DNA from: Euzebyaceae bacterium
GTDB lineage: Bacteria > Actinomycetota > Nitriliruptoria > Euzebyales > Egibacteraceae
Assembly (NCBI GenBank): GCA_013812395.1
Contig: JACCTL010000061.1
Span: 1-45,714, forward strand
Length of the DNA: 45,714 bases
Direction of reading: 5' to 3'
The position numbers were made by a program, and so were the translations under genes. Below the pieces are notes generated by a model, which was not told where the DNA came from, ran no database searches, and saw only the letters and a program-made list of their open reading frames with translations. Of this stretch, positions 17,319-26,293 are shown in pieces (the first letter of the stretch is position 1; each line of letters opens with the position of its first letter).

Positions 17319-17962
17319 CGGCGCGGCTGGTCCTGGCCAGCCGCAACCAGGGCAAGGTCGCCGAGCTGCGTCGAATCCTGGCCGCGGATCCCGCGTTGGC
17401 CGGCGTCAGGCTGCTCGACGCGGACGAGCTGGGAGTGCCCGATGTCGACGAAACCGGCGCCACCTTTGCCGACAACGCGCTGCTCAAGGCCCGTTCCGCG
17501 GTTGGCGCCTGTGGCTTGCCGTGCATCGCCGACGACAGTGGTCTGGAGGTCGCTGCGCTGGACGGGGACCCCGGGGTTCGCTCGGCGCGCTACGCGGGCG
17601 CCCACGGCGACGACGATGCCAACCTGGCGCTGGTCCTCCAACGGATGCGGGGAGTGACCGACCGCACGGCGCGGTTCGTCTGCGTGGCCGCGCTGGTTGC
17701 ACCTGACGGCGGCGAGTGGACGGCACAGGGGACCGTCGACGGCACGCTGACCGAGACTCCTCGCGGCAAGAACGGGTTCGGCTACGACCCTATCTTCCAG
17801 CCGGCCGGTCAGCGCCAGACCACGGCGGAGATGACCGCGCCGGCAAAGGACGTGATCTCGCACCGGAGCAGGGCCTTACGCGCCACTCTGCCGGCGGTGC
17901 GCCGGCTGCTGGCAGACCAGTTGCTGGGTGATCAGTCCTCGCCGCCGATGTCCACCGCATAG
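17315..17962 (+). CDS. rdgB: non-canonical purine NTP pyrophosphatase (RdgB/HAM1)
   Basis: GTG 17315 overlaps the rph stop. It has [30 protein letters not shown] and SHRSRA. Confidence 0.9.
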   Translation: MTARLVLASRNQGKVAELRRILAADPALAGVRLLDADELGVPDVDETGATFADNALLKARSAVGACGLPCIADDSGLEVAALDGDPGVRSARYAGAHGDDDANLALVLQRMRGVTDRTARFVCVAALVAPDGGEWTAQGTVDGTLTETPRGKNGFGYDPIFQPAGQRQTTAEMTAPAKDVISHRSRALRATLPAVRRLLADQLLGDQSSPPMSTA

Positions 17963-18408
17963 GCCTCGTACATCAGGTCCGCGCCCCGCTGGCGGTGGCG
18001 GGCCAGCAGCGCGAGTACCGTCAGGACCGCCTCGCGCACCTCCTCGGGCGGCCCCGTCAGCGCGCCCTCGGCCTTGGTGAGGGCCTCGGTGATGGTGGCG
18101 TGCTCGTCGCCGAGGTTCTGGCAGGCATTCGACAGCCGCGGGGCGCGCACCGCCAGCTGCGCGAACAGCCCGTCGGGTCCTTCGGCGGTGACCACGTGTT
18201 CGGAGAACGCCACCCGCAGCTGCGCCAGCGCCGTGCGCACCCGGGTGGCCCAGTCCACCGACCGCCCGGGGATCGGGGCGGCGATGGCGGCCTCGGCGGC
18301 GATGAGCGCGGCACGCAGGTCGGAGCGTCGCCCGCGGACAATGGCGACCGCCTGGTCGTCGCCCATCTGTGCGCCTTGCTGTGTGAGCGCGGGTTGTGTG
18401 GCGTCCAT
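17932..18408 (-). CDS. hypothetical helical protein
   Basis: ORF 17932..18438 trimmed to ATG 18408 (MDATQP...). Codon bias is good. I recognise no family. It overlaps the rdgB 3' end by 31 bp (convergent). Confidence 0.55.
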   Translation of the reverse strand: MDATQPALTQQGAQMGDDQAVAIVRGRRSDLRAALIAAEAAIAAPIPGRSVDWATRVRTALAQLRVAFSEHVVTAEGPDGLFAQLAVRAPRLSNACQNLGDEHATITEALTKAEGALTGPPEEVREAVLTVLALLARHRQRGADLMYEAYAVDIGGED

Positions 18409-18497
18409 GCCGGGCCCTTCGTCGAGTGTCAACCGCACCGTGCTGTGTCTGCACAGTGACCCACAACCGGCGCCGGCCGTCTACCCCCGTCTGAGGA

Positions 18498-18671
18498 TCA
18501 CTGGCCGCCGGCGTCCTCGTCGGGCAGCGCCAGGTCCCAGCGATCCAGGCAGTCTTCGCAGCGATACGCGACGATGTCGCCGGGTGAGAAGCCCTCGTCG
18601 GGTCGAGGCCTGCTGAGCAGATGGCAGCGACCGCCGCAGTCGACGCAGACGATGTGCTCGGGCACGTTCAC
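18498..18671 (-). CDS. small zinc-ribbon protein (57 aa), absent from the supplied ORF track
   Basis: GTG 18671 overlaps the DUF4031 stop (GTGA). The translation is VNVPEHIVCVDCGGRCHLLSRPRPDEGFSPGDIVAYRCEDCLDRWDLALPDEDAGGQ, with CxxC...CxxC. G/C third positions are strong. Confidence 0.6.
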   Translation of the reverse strand: MNVPEHIVCVDCGGRCHLLSRPRPDEGFSPGDIVAYRCEDCLDRWDLALPDEDAGGQ

Positions 18672-18958
18672 GCAGCTGGACCCTCTGCAGGCAGGTGCTG
18701 ATCACGATGAGGCTTGCGGAGGCCGGCGTCGCGCAGCCGCACAACCAGCTCGCGCGACCCCACGGCGACCGCGCCGAGCCGCACGGCTTCGGCGCGCACC
18801 GCCTCCGGCACGTCGTAGTGGTCGCCTTGGAACCATTCGCGGCGCAGCTCCAGCCGGTCGGCGAAGGCGTGCAACTCGGCGTAGCCGCTGTCACTGACCA
18901 GGTGCGCCCAGCGCCGGCCGCGCCAGCGCCAGATGGCCCGGTCGACGAGGATCGCCAT
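18668..18958 (-). CDS. DUF4031 domain protein
   Basis: ORF 18668..18982 trimmed to ATG 18958. It reads MAILVDRAIWRWRGRRWAHLVSD...ELHAFADRLEL...WFQGDHYDVPE. Confidence 0.75.
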   Translation of the reverse strand: MAILVDRAIWRWRGRRWAHLVSDSGYAELHAFADRLELRREWFQGDHYDVPEAVRAEAVRLGAVAVGSRELVVRLRDAGLRKPHRDQHLPAEGPAA

Positions 18959-19055
18959 TACTCGGCACCATAGCCCCAACACCAGGGTCGACGACCCGAT
19001 AAGCGCCGGCAGGAGGGCAGAGCGGACGGCCCGATCGCTGCCGGCAGGAGGCCGG

Positions 19056-19700
19056 ATGGACGACGCGCAGCGATGGTCGCAGGCGATAACTGAGCTGGGC
19101 GCGACCCGTGACGCGACCGCTGCGCTGGCCGACCTTCGGCGCCGCTACGCCGAGCCGCAACGGCGCTACCACACCATCGGTCACGTGCGGTCGGTGTTGA
19201 CCAGCACGCAGTGGCTGCACGACTGTGGCGAGAGGGTGGACGATCCCGGGGAGCTGGCGGCCGCCGCATGGTTCCACGACGCGGTCTACCAGCCGGGCGC
19301 GGCCGACAACGAGGCCCGCAGCGCGTCGCTGGCGGCCGCGGTGCTCGCCGGCCTCGGGGTCGCCGAGCAGCACCGCCGGCATGTGGTGGACCTGGTGCTG
19401 GCCACCGCCGACCACGCCGCGGAGGCCAACGACGCCGCGGTTCTGGTGGACGCAGACCTGGGCATCCTGGCCGCCCCCGCACCGGTCTACGTCGCCTATG
19501 CCGCGGCCGTGCGCGCCGAGTACGCCTTCCTGCCAGCACCGCGCTTCGACGCCGGACGCGCCCAGTTCATCACCGGCATGCTGTCGCGCCCGCGGATCTT
19601 CACCACGGCGACGGCCGTACAGCGGTGGGAGGCCAAAGCTCGTCGTAACCTCAGCGCGGAGCTGCGGCGCCTGAGGGGCGCGACCGGCGGGTCCGGGTGA
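19056..19700 (+). CDS. HD-superfamily metal-dependent phosphohydrolase (COG4339-like)
   Basis: ATG 19056 follows GGCAGGAGG. It has RRYHTIGHV and AAWFHDAVY. Confidence 0.7.
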   Translation: MDDAQRWSQAITELGATRDATAALADLRRRYAEPQRRYHTIGHVRSVLTSTQWLHDCGERVDDPGELAAAAWFHDAVYQPGAADNEARSASLAAAVLAGLGVAEQHRRHVVDLVLATADHAAEANDAAVLVDADLGILAAPAPVYVAYAAAVRAEYAFLPAPRFDAGRAQFITGMLSRPRIFTTATAVQRWEAKARRNLSAELRRLRGATGGSG

Positions 19701-21076
19701 CGAGGGACGGGATGGCTGACGAAGTGGGGCCGGCGGCAGCAACCGCAGCAACGCGTGCGCCCACTTCCGCCGACGCGTCGGGCGCCAGACTCGCTCGGGC
19801 ACTGCGCGTCGAGCGGTTGATGCAGCGCGTCCGCGTGGGGGCCATCCTCTTCGGGTTCGTGCAGGTGATGACCTACTACTCGCCGTACCCCGCCGGCATC
19901 CTTCCCGCTGCCTTCGCGCTGCTCGGCGTGCTCGCCGTCGGCACTGCCGCGGTGCAGCTGGCCTCGCGACGCGTCACCTCACTGCCCGCCGTTGGCAGGC
20001 TCGGTGCCTGTTCGCTGCTGCTGGACACCGCCGTTGTGACGGGGCTGGTGTTCGTGTACACGTTCGATCCCGACACGGCGATCTGGGCCATCCTCTATGT
20101 CCTGCCGCTGGAGGGAGCGATCCGCTTCGGGCTGCGGGGTGCCCTGGTGACGATGACGATCGTCGCGGTGATCTACGCCGCTCGCGAGGTGTACGGGCAA
20201 GCCGCCTACGGCAACGACGTCTTGCTGACGTCGATTTCGTTTCGCATGGGCGTCGGCTTCATCATCGCCGCGGTGGCCGGGGCGATGGCCTCCAGTCTCG
20301 TCATGGAACGCGATCAGGTAGAGCGGGCGAGAGCCGAGCTGGAGGCGTACGCCGGCGAGCTGGCCGGCGCCAACGCGGACCTGCAGGCCGCCAACAAGGT
20401 CACGCAGGATTTTCTGGCGATGACGAACCATGAGCTGCGCACACCGCTGACGACGATCCTGGGCTACACCTCGCTGCTCACCGATCGCTGGGACGTCCTG
20501 CCCGACGACAGCCGTCGCCGCTTCGTGAGCATGATCGAGCGCCAGGGCAACCGCCTGCACAGCCTCGTCGAGGACCTGCTGACCCTGTCATCTGCACGGG
20601 CCGGCAAGCTGGCGGTGGTGCTGGGGCCGGTGGAGCTCGCGCCCGCCGTCGACGACGCGATCACCAACAACGGGCAGGCAGCCGCGGACGTACGCAACGC
20701 CTGCCCGAAGGGGCTGTGGGTGACGGCCGACAACGATCGGCTCTGCCAGATCCTGGTCAACTACGTCTCCAACGCCTTGCGCTACGGCAAGCCGCCGGTG
20801 ACGGTGGTTGCCACCGTTGCACAAGGCCGGGTGCAGATTTGCGTCGAGGACCGCGGCACCGGGGTCTCCGAGGAGTTCGTGCCGCACCTGTTCGAACGGT
20901 TCGCGCGCAGCCGTCGCGCCAAGGCGACCAGCATCGACGGCACCGGCTTGGGCTTGGCGATCGTCCGTCAGCTGGCGCAGGCCCAGGCCGGCGAGGCTTG
21001 GTACGAACCCAACGCGCCCAGCGGCAGCCGCTTCTGCCTGCGCCTGCCCGTGGCTGTGACCCCGGACACGGCCTAG
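19697..21076 (+). CDS. sensor histidine kinase, orphan
   Basis: GTG 19697 overlaps the HD gene stop. The N-terminus is polytopic. There is a coiled segment, the H-box NHELRTPLTTI, NYVSNALRYG and GTGLGLAIV. Confidence 0.85.
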   Translation: MTRDGMADEVGPAAATAATRAPTSADASGARLARALRVERLMQRVRVGAILFGFVQVMTYYSPYPAGILPAAFALLGVLAVGTAAVQLASRRVTSLPAVGRLGACSLLLDTAVVTGLVFVYTFDPDTAIWAILYVLPLEGAIRFGLRGALVTMTIVAVIYAAREVYGQAAYGNDVLLTSISFRMGVGFIIAAVAGAMASSLVMERDQVERARAELEAYAGELAGANADLQAANKVTQDFLAMTNHELRTPLTTILGYTSLLTDRWDVLPDDSRRRFVSMIERQGNRLHSLVEDLLTLSSARAGKLAVVLGPVELAPAVDDAITNNGQAAADVRNACPKGLWVTADNDRLCQILVNYVSNALRYGKPPVTVVATVAQGRVQICVEDRGTGVSEEFVPHLFERFARSRRAKATSIDGTGLGLAIVRQLAQAQAGEAWYEPNAPSGSRFCLRLPVAVTPDTA

Positions 21077-21080
21077 AGGT

Positions 21081-22196
21081 ATGGCGCGAGTGGTGCTCGA
21101 CGAGGTCAGCCGGGTGCACGCTGACGGCACCAAGGCGCTGTCGCGGCTGAGCCTGCAGGTGGCCGACGGTGAGCTGATGATGATCACCGGACCGTCGGGC
21201 TGCGGGAAGACCACCACGCTTCGCGTGATCGCCGGACTGGAGCCGGTCACCACGGGGACCGTCACGATCGGCGACGACATCGTCAATGACCTGCCGACCC
21301 GACACCGCGACGTCGCCCTGGTCACCCAACAGCACACGCTCTACCCGCACATGACCGTGGGCGACAACCTGCGGTTCGCCTTGCGGATGTCGGGGACGCC
21401 ACGGCCGGAGACCGAGCAGCGGGTCGCCGCGGAGTCGCGCGTGCTGGGCATCGACCGGCTGCTGGACCGCCTGCCCAGGGTCTTGTCGGCCGGACACCGC
21501 CAGAGCGCCGCCCTTGGCAGGGCCACCGCCCGCGTACCACGGGTGTTCCTGCTCGACGAGCCGCTGTCGGCGCTGGACGCCGCCGAGCGGGTGCGCGTAC
21601 GCGCCGAGCTGCACCGCTACGTCAAGGGAACGGGCGTCACGACCCTGTACGTCGCCAACGACCAAGCCGAGGTGATGTCCCTCGCCGACCGGGTCGCATT
21701 GCTGCGCGACGGGTTGCTGCAACAGGTCGGGACGCCCCAACAGCTCCTCGACCGTCCCGTCAATCAGTTCGTGGCCGGTTTCGCCGGGCTGGACGGGATG
21801 AGCTTTCTATCCGCGCGGCTCGAGCAGTCCGCCGGCCTGGCGTGGTTCGCTGTCGGCGGCCGGCGGCTGCGATTACCGGGAGGGCTGCCAGGGACGCTGC
21901 GGTCCCATGTGGGCTCGGCGGTGACCTTGGGACTGCGTCCCCATCAGCTCGGTGACGCAGCGGCGTCGCCAGGGCATCCCGTCGACGAGCGGCTGCCGGC
22001 GACCGTCCGGCGGGTCGAGCGGCTTGGCGCCTATGACCAGGTGGTGACCGACGTCGCGGGGGCCGAGGTCCGCGCCCGCTTCGACCCTGGCACGGCACCT
22101 GCCCCGGGAAGCACCGTTGAGCTGACCGTGCAGACCCGGCTGCTGCAGGTCTTCGACCCCGTCACGACCGCGGCGCTGTGGCACGGCCGGCAATGA
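21081..22196 (+). CDS. MalK/UgpC-like ABC ATPase with degenerate signature and H-loop
   Basis: It has Walker A GPSGCGKTT and Walker B VFLLDEPLSALD. LSAGHRQS replaces the LSGGQRQR signature. YVANDQ replaces YVTHDQ. A C-terminal MalK-type regulatory domain is present. There is no permease or binding-protein gene nearby. Confidence 0.8.
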   Translation: MARVVLDEVSRVHADGTKALSRLSLQVADGELMMITGPSGCGKTTTLRVIAGLEPVTTGTVTIGDDIVNDLPTRHRDVALVTQQHTLYPHMTVGDNLRFALRMSGTPRPETEQRVAAESRVLGIDRLLDRLPRVLSAGHRQSAALGRATARVPRVFLLDEPLSALDAAERVRVRAELHRYVKGTGVTTLYVANDQAEVMSLADRVALLRDGLLQQVGTPQQLLDRPVNQFVAGFAGLDGMSFLSARLEQSAGLAWFAVGGRRLRLPGGLPGTLRSHVGSAVTLGLRPHQLGDAAASPGHPVDERLPATVRRVERLGAYDQVVTDVAGAEVRARFDPGTAPAPGSTVELTVQTRLLQVFDPVTTAALWHGRQ

Positions 22197-22723
22197 CGCC
22201 CCACGCCGCTGACGACCTCGAGGTTCGCTTCGCCACCGGGGACGACCGGGCCTTCCTCACCGAGATGCTCGCCGAGGCCGCCGGGTGGGATCCGCAGCGG
22301 CCCCGCCTCACGCCAGCGCAGGTGCTGGCCGACCCGCAGCTAGCGCACTACCTGGATGGGTGGGGTAGGCCGGACGACGTCGGCGTCATCGCCGAGGTCA
22401 GCGGCCAGCCGGTCGGCGCCGCGTGGCTCCGTCGCTTTACAGCCGACGATCCCGGCTACGGCTTCGTCGCGCCGGACGTACCTGAGCTGTCGATCGCCGT
22501 CGTGGGGGAATGGCGAGGCCGCGGCGTCGGCTCTGTACTGCTGGAGGCCGTGGTCCAGGCCGGGTCGGATCGCGGGGTCACCGCCGTCTCCCTCAGCGTC
22601 GAGACCGCCAACCCCGCCCGCGTCCTTTATGCCGCACGCGGCTTCCGCGAGGTCGGCCGCGGTCGCGGGTCGGTAACCATGCTGCGCGAGAGCGTAGCGG
22701 CGTGTCGCGGCGGGAAGGTATGA
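22193..22723 (+). CDS. GNAT family N-acetyltransferase
   Basis: ATG 22193 overlaps the ABC stop (ATGA). It has the acetyl-CoA motif WRGRGVGSVLLE and YAARGFREVG. Confidence 0.8.
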   Translation: MTPHAADDLEVRFATGDDRAFLTEMLAEAAGWDPQRPRLTPAQVLADPQLAHYLDGWGRPDDVGVIAEVSGQPVGAAWLRRFTADDPGYGFVAPDVPELSIAVVGEWRGRGVGSVLLEAVVQAGSDRGVTAVSLSVETANPARVLYAARGFREVGRGRGSVTMLRESVAACRGGKV

Positions 22724-22748
22724 GCCAACCAGCGAAAGGGATGGCTCC

Positions 22749-22835
22749 ATGGGCCTCATCTCCGGCATCGTCAAGTTGAGCTTGCTCAAGCGCCTGTTTG
22801 AGGCGGTGAAGGGCCGGCGCCGATCACCCCGATAG
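22749..22835 (+). CDS. possible 28-aa amphipathic peptide MGLISGIVKLSLLKRLFEAVKGRRRSPR
   Basis: ATG 22749 lies 7 nt after AAGGGA. G/C third positions are strong. Its last 10 codons plus the stop fall within the duplicated 39-bp unit. Confidence 0.35.
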   Translation: MGLISGIVKLSLLKRLFEAVKGRRRSPR

Positions 22836-22940
22836 ATAGGGGCCGTGAAGGGCCGGCGCCGATCACCCCGATAGATAGGGGCCGTCGCGAGAGATCGGGG
22901 CCGTCGCGAGATAGAGGACCGTCGCACGGGGGTGACGCGG
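22806..22940 (+). repeat. compound tandem repeat: 39 bp x2 (perfect) followed by about three 18-19-bp units
   Basis: GTGAAGGGCCGGCGCCGATCACCCCGATAGATAGGGGCC lies at 22806-22844 and again at 22845-22883. It is followed by GTCGCGAGAGATCGGGGCC (22884-22902), GTCGCGAGATAGAGGACC (22903-22920) and GTCGCACGGGGGTGACGC.... Confidence 0.9.
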
Positions 22941-23071
22941 CTCGGTCTGGACGTTTCACGCCTCCGACGTCACGGGTTCGCTGTCCGGAAAGCGATCGGT
23001 TACGCACCGCTCCTTGACTGTGCTGCAGCACTGGCGACCGCCGGTGCTCGGACCAGCAAGGAGCCCCCCAG

Positions 23072-24196
23072 ATGCACCCACGTACCCTGAAGCTGCTGGT
23101 GACGACGGCTGTCGTCACCTTGCTGCTGTCGACCGCCGCGGTTGCCCAACCGGCGCGTCGGGTTGGCCACCGACCTCGACCGAAGGATGCCTCGTTGCTC
23201 GTGATCGGTCACCGGGGAGCCAGCGGTTACCGTCCCGAGCACACCATGGCCTCCTACAAGCTGGCCATCCGGCTGGGCGCCGACTACATCGAGCCGGATC
23301 TCGTCTCGACCTCCGACGGCATCCTCGTCGCCCGCCACGAGAACGAGATCAGCCAGACGACCGACGTCGACCAGCATCCCGAGTTCGCCGACCGGCGCAC
23401 CACCAAGATGATCGACGGCAGGCCGCTGACCGGCTGGTTCACCGAGGACTTCACCCTCCGCGAGCTGCGCACCCTGCGCGCGAAGGAACGCATCCCGGAC
23501 GTCCGCCAGCGCAACACCCTCTACAACGGCCGCGAGCTGATCCCGACGTTCCAGCAGGTCATCAACCTTGCCAAGCGCGCCTCACGCCGCGGCCGCACCA
23601 TCGGCATCTATCCGGAAACCAAGCACCCGACCTACTTCGACAGCATCGGCCTGTCGTTGGAAGAGCCGCTGGTGCGTGCGCTGCGCCGCAATGGCCTCGA
23701 CCGGCGCAAGGCAGCGGTGTTCGTGCAGTCGTTCGAGACGGCCAACCTGCGGCAACTCGACAAGGTTGTAAAGGTGCCGCTCGTGCAACTCATCCCTGGC
23801 AGCGGCGCGCCGTATGACCGCGTTGCCGCCGGCAGCGACCAGACCTACGACGACCTCGTGACGCCGGCTGGCCTGCGCCGCGTGGCCCGCTACGCCGATG
23901 CGATCGGACCCGACAAGAACCGCATCATCCCCCGCGATCCCGGCGGCTTCCTGCAGGAGCCCACCTCGCTGGTGGACGACGCGCACGCGGCTGGGCTGCT
24001 GGTGCACCCCTACACGTTCCGCAACGAGAACACCTTCCTGCCGGCGGATTACCGCAGCAGTGGCGCTCCCGACGACTACGGCAACGCGTTCGCCGAGTAC
24101 CAGCGGTTCTTCGAACTGGGCGTCGACGGCCTCTTCAGCGACAACCCGGACACTGCCATGGAGGCTCGGCGAAGCTTCGCCGACGCGCAGGACTGA
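23072..24196 (+). CDS. glpQ: secreted glycerophosphodiester phosphodiesterase
   Basis: AAGGAG precedes ATG 23072. The signal peptide is MHPRTLKLLVTTAVVTLLLSTAAVAQP. GDPD motifs are VIGHRGASGYRPEHT and IEPDLVSTSDGILVARHE. Confidence 0.85.
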   Translation: MHPRTLKLLVTTAVVTLLLSTAAVAQPARRVGHRPRPKDASLLVIGHRGASGYRPEHTMASYKLAIRLGADYIEPDLVSTSDGILVARHENEISQTTDVDQHPEFADRRTTKMIDGRPLTGWFTEDFTLRELRTLRAKERIPDVRQRNTLYNGRELIPTFQQVINLAKRASRRGRTIGIYPETKHPTYFDSIGLSLEEPLVRALRRNGLDRRKAAVFVQSFETANLRQLDKVVKVPLVQLIPGSGAPYDRVAAGSDQTYDDLVTPAGLRRVARYADAIGPDKNRIIPRDPGGFLQEPTSLVDDAHAAGLLVHPYTFRNENTFLPADYRSSGAPDDYGNAFAEYQRFFELGVDGLFSDNPDTAMEARRSFADAQD

Positions 24197-24221
24197 CCGT
24201 TCGAGCTGGCATCGCAACACT

Positions 24222-24270
24222 GGTCCCGCGACTTTTGTCGTCGCCACAACGGCGACAAAGTCGCGGGACC
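24222..24270. terminator. long GC-rich hairpin between convergent glpQ and the Asp23-operon end (bidirectional terminator candidate)
   Basis: GGTCCCGCGACTTT...AAAGTCGCGGGACC forms a perfect 14-bp outer stem, with extra inner pairs GTCGCC/GGCGAC. It is followed by CTTTGGTT on the + strand. Confidence 0.6.
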
Positions 24271-24276
24271 CTTTGG

Positions 24277-24840
24277 TTAGCGAACTCGAGGAGGGGCTTG
24301 TGCGGTGTGGCGCAGCCACAGTTCGGTGGGCACCCGATCGAATCCGAGGCTATCGGTGGCACGCTCCAACGGCTGCGTCGCGCGGGAGCGGACCTCGTTG
24401 ACGTCAGCGTCGGACCGCAGATCCAATGCCGCCCGCAAGCGCACGGGGGTGCCGTTGGGGAGCAGCTGCACCCGGCTTCCCACCACACCGGGCAGGCGCG
24501 CCAGATCCTGCTCCACCGCCCTGGCGACCGCGCGGGCCCGGACCATGGTGCGACCCCGTTGTGCTTGGTCAACGACGATTGTCTCCAGTGGGGGCCCACC
24601 CGGGCGTGTCAGCTGGCGCAGCGCCAGCACCAGTCCCAGCAGGGCCAGCACCACGCCCAGCGCGATGGCCGCGATCCACCACCACGTCACCGTGACTGTG
24701 GTCTGTGTCAGCGAGGAGTACAGCGTGCTGGGATCGCTCACCGTCAGCACCCCGGTCGCCGCCAACAGGCCGACGACGCCGATGGCAATCAGGAGTAGCG
24801 CCAGCACGCACAGCACGAACCGGTCGACACGATCGATCAC
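24277..24840 (-). CDS. alkaline-shock-response membrane anchor (AmaP-like)
   Basis: It has two N-terminal TM helices followed by a soluble domain. It is the last gene of the Asp23 operon. The GTGA overlap with the upstream gene is at 24837-24840. Confidence 0.6.
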   Translation of the reverse strand: MIDRVDRFVLCVLALLLIAIGVVGLLAATGVLTVSDPSTLYSSLTQTTVTVTWWWIAAIALGVVLALLGLVLALRQLTRPGGPPLETIVVDQAQRGRTMVRARAVARAVEQDLARLPGVVGSRVQLLPNGTPVRLRAALDLRSDADVNEVRSRATQPLERATDSLGFDRVPTELWLRHTAQAPPRVR

Positions 24841-25376
24841 CGGACCCGCTCCTCACCACGGTTGAGCCGGACCGTCGGGCGCACAGGCCGCTGCAAGTTC
24901 AAACGCTCAAGCGCCTCGGTCAACCGGCTGTGCAGCCGCTGCCGCACCGCTGCGGTGTCCTCGGATGGCGGCACCGCGGCCTCCACGGCGACCTTTCGCT
25001 TCCCGGCCTGCACACGGGCTGTCGTCACTGCTGGGTCCTCGACGATGACCTGGCGCAGATGCTCTTGGAGCCCGCGGCGGTCCACCGCGGCGGTCATGTC
25101 CGGCGACGCCTGCTGCAACGCCAGCACCTGCGGCCGGTGCGGCCACAACTCCAGCAACAGCAGCAGCAGACCGATCACGAGCGTGCCGATGAGTACCCAC
25201 ACAACCGAGGGATCGTCCCAATGCAGTGCGCCCAGGGTCTGATCCCACACGGTGGTGGGCACCACCCACGGCGGCCTGCCGAGGCGAGCGGCTACGACCT
25301 CGGTGACGGTCACCATGCCGGCGGCCAGCAGCGCCAGCCCCACGACGAGTGCCAGCATGCGGTTGACCACCGTCAT
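24837..25376 (-). CDS. membrane protein of Asp23 operons (DUF6286-like)
   Basis: It has two TM helices followed by a soluble domain. An ATGA overlap joins it to the Asp23 gene at 25373-25376. Confidence 0.55.
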   Translation of the reverse strand: MTVVNRMLALVVGLALLAAGMVTVTEVVAARLGRPPWVVPTTVWDQTLGALHWDDPSVVWVLIGTLVIGLLLLLLELWPHRPQVLALQQASPDMTAAVDRRGLQEHLRQVIVEDPAVTTARVQAGKRKVAVEAAVPPSEDTAAVRQRLHSRLTEALERLNLQRPVRPTVRLNRGEERVR

Positions 25377-25726
25377 GGCGCGCCCATCGTCAGCGCGCCG
25401 GATGGCTCGCTGGACACGTCGGCGACGTGCACGTGGACTGGTCGTGCCGCCGCGGCGGGTAGCTCAGCGCCCAGCCGCTGTGCCACCCGGCCGCGGATGT
25501 CCTCGGCAAGGGCATTCAGGGAACGGCCAAAGGTAGCGACGACGTGGACGTCCACCGGTGCTTGCTCGCCTCGTCGCACCACCACACCACCGACCTTCGT
25601 CCCGCCGCCGTAGGTGGCGATCTCCCCGACGGCCCCGGTGTGCAGCGAGACGATGCCCGGCGTCGTCTCCACCGCCGTGGCGACGATCCGAGCCACGGCG
25701 ATGGGCGAGGCGGCACCGGACTCCAT
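25373..25726 (-). CDS. Asp23/Gls24 family protein
   Basis: It has IAVARIVATAVETTPGIVSLH and VDVHVVATFGRSLNALAEDIR, typical Asp23 repeats. Confidence 0.75.
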   Translation of the reverse strand: MESGAASPIAVARIVATAVETTPGIVSLHTGAVGEIATYGGGTKVGGVVVRRGEQAPVDVHVVATFGRSLNALAEDIRGRVAQRLGAELPAAAARPVHVHVADVSSEPSGALTMGAP

Positions 25727-25728
25727 GG

Positions 25729-26265
25729 CTACTGCACGCGGCTTGGCGGCGGGGGCTCGGGCTGGCTCGACTCCTGGTCTTCGCCTTGGCCCTGGCCCCC
25801 TGGGAATGACAGATCGGTCACGGTCACGTTGACCTCCGTGACCTCCAGGCCGGTCATCGACTCGATGCGGTCGATGACGTTGCCGCGCACGGCTTCGGCC
25901 ACTTGGTGCAGCGAGGCCGGGTACAGCACCTTCATCGTCACGTCGACCGCGGCCTGCGTCGCGCCCACCTCGACGCCGACGCCTGAGGTCTGGTGCTCGG
26001 AGCCGCGGATGCGCCCGACGACGCTACCCATGGCGCTGCCGACGCCACCACCGAGGTCGGCGACTCCCTCGACCTCCTTGGCGGCAAGTGCGGCGATCTT
26101 GGCCACCACGGAGTCCGCAATGGTCGTGGTCCCGTGCTCGGTCTGCAGCTTGGCCATCTGCGACCCGGCCGACGACGAGCTGGAAGAGCTTGACGACGGG
26201 CTGCTGGGCGTCGAAGCACTGCGGCTGCTGGAGCCAACGGGCTGGGTGGAGGAAGGATCGGACAT
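25729..26265 (-). CDS. Asp23/Gls24 family envelope stress protein with Ser-rich N-terminal tail
   Basis: AAGGAG precedes ATG 26265. It has TTIADSVVAKIAALAAKEVEGV and VDVTMKVLYPASLHQVAEAVRGNV. Confidence 0.8.
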   Translation of the reverse strand: MSDPSSTQPVGSSSRSASTPSSPSSSSSSSSSAGSQMAKLQTEHGTTTIADSVVAKIAALAAKEVEGVADLGGGVGSAMGSVVGRIRGSEHQTSGVGVEVGATQAAVDVTMKVLYPASLHQVAEAVRGNVIDRIESMTGLEVTEVNVTVTDLSFPGGQGQGEDQESSQPEPPPPSRVQ

Positions 26266-26293
26266 GACAAGCTCCTTGTGTGGTAGCGAGGGT

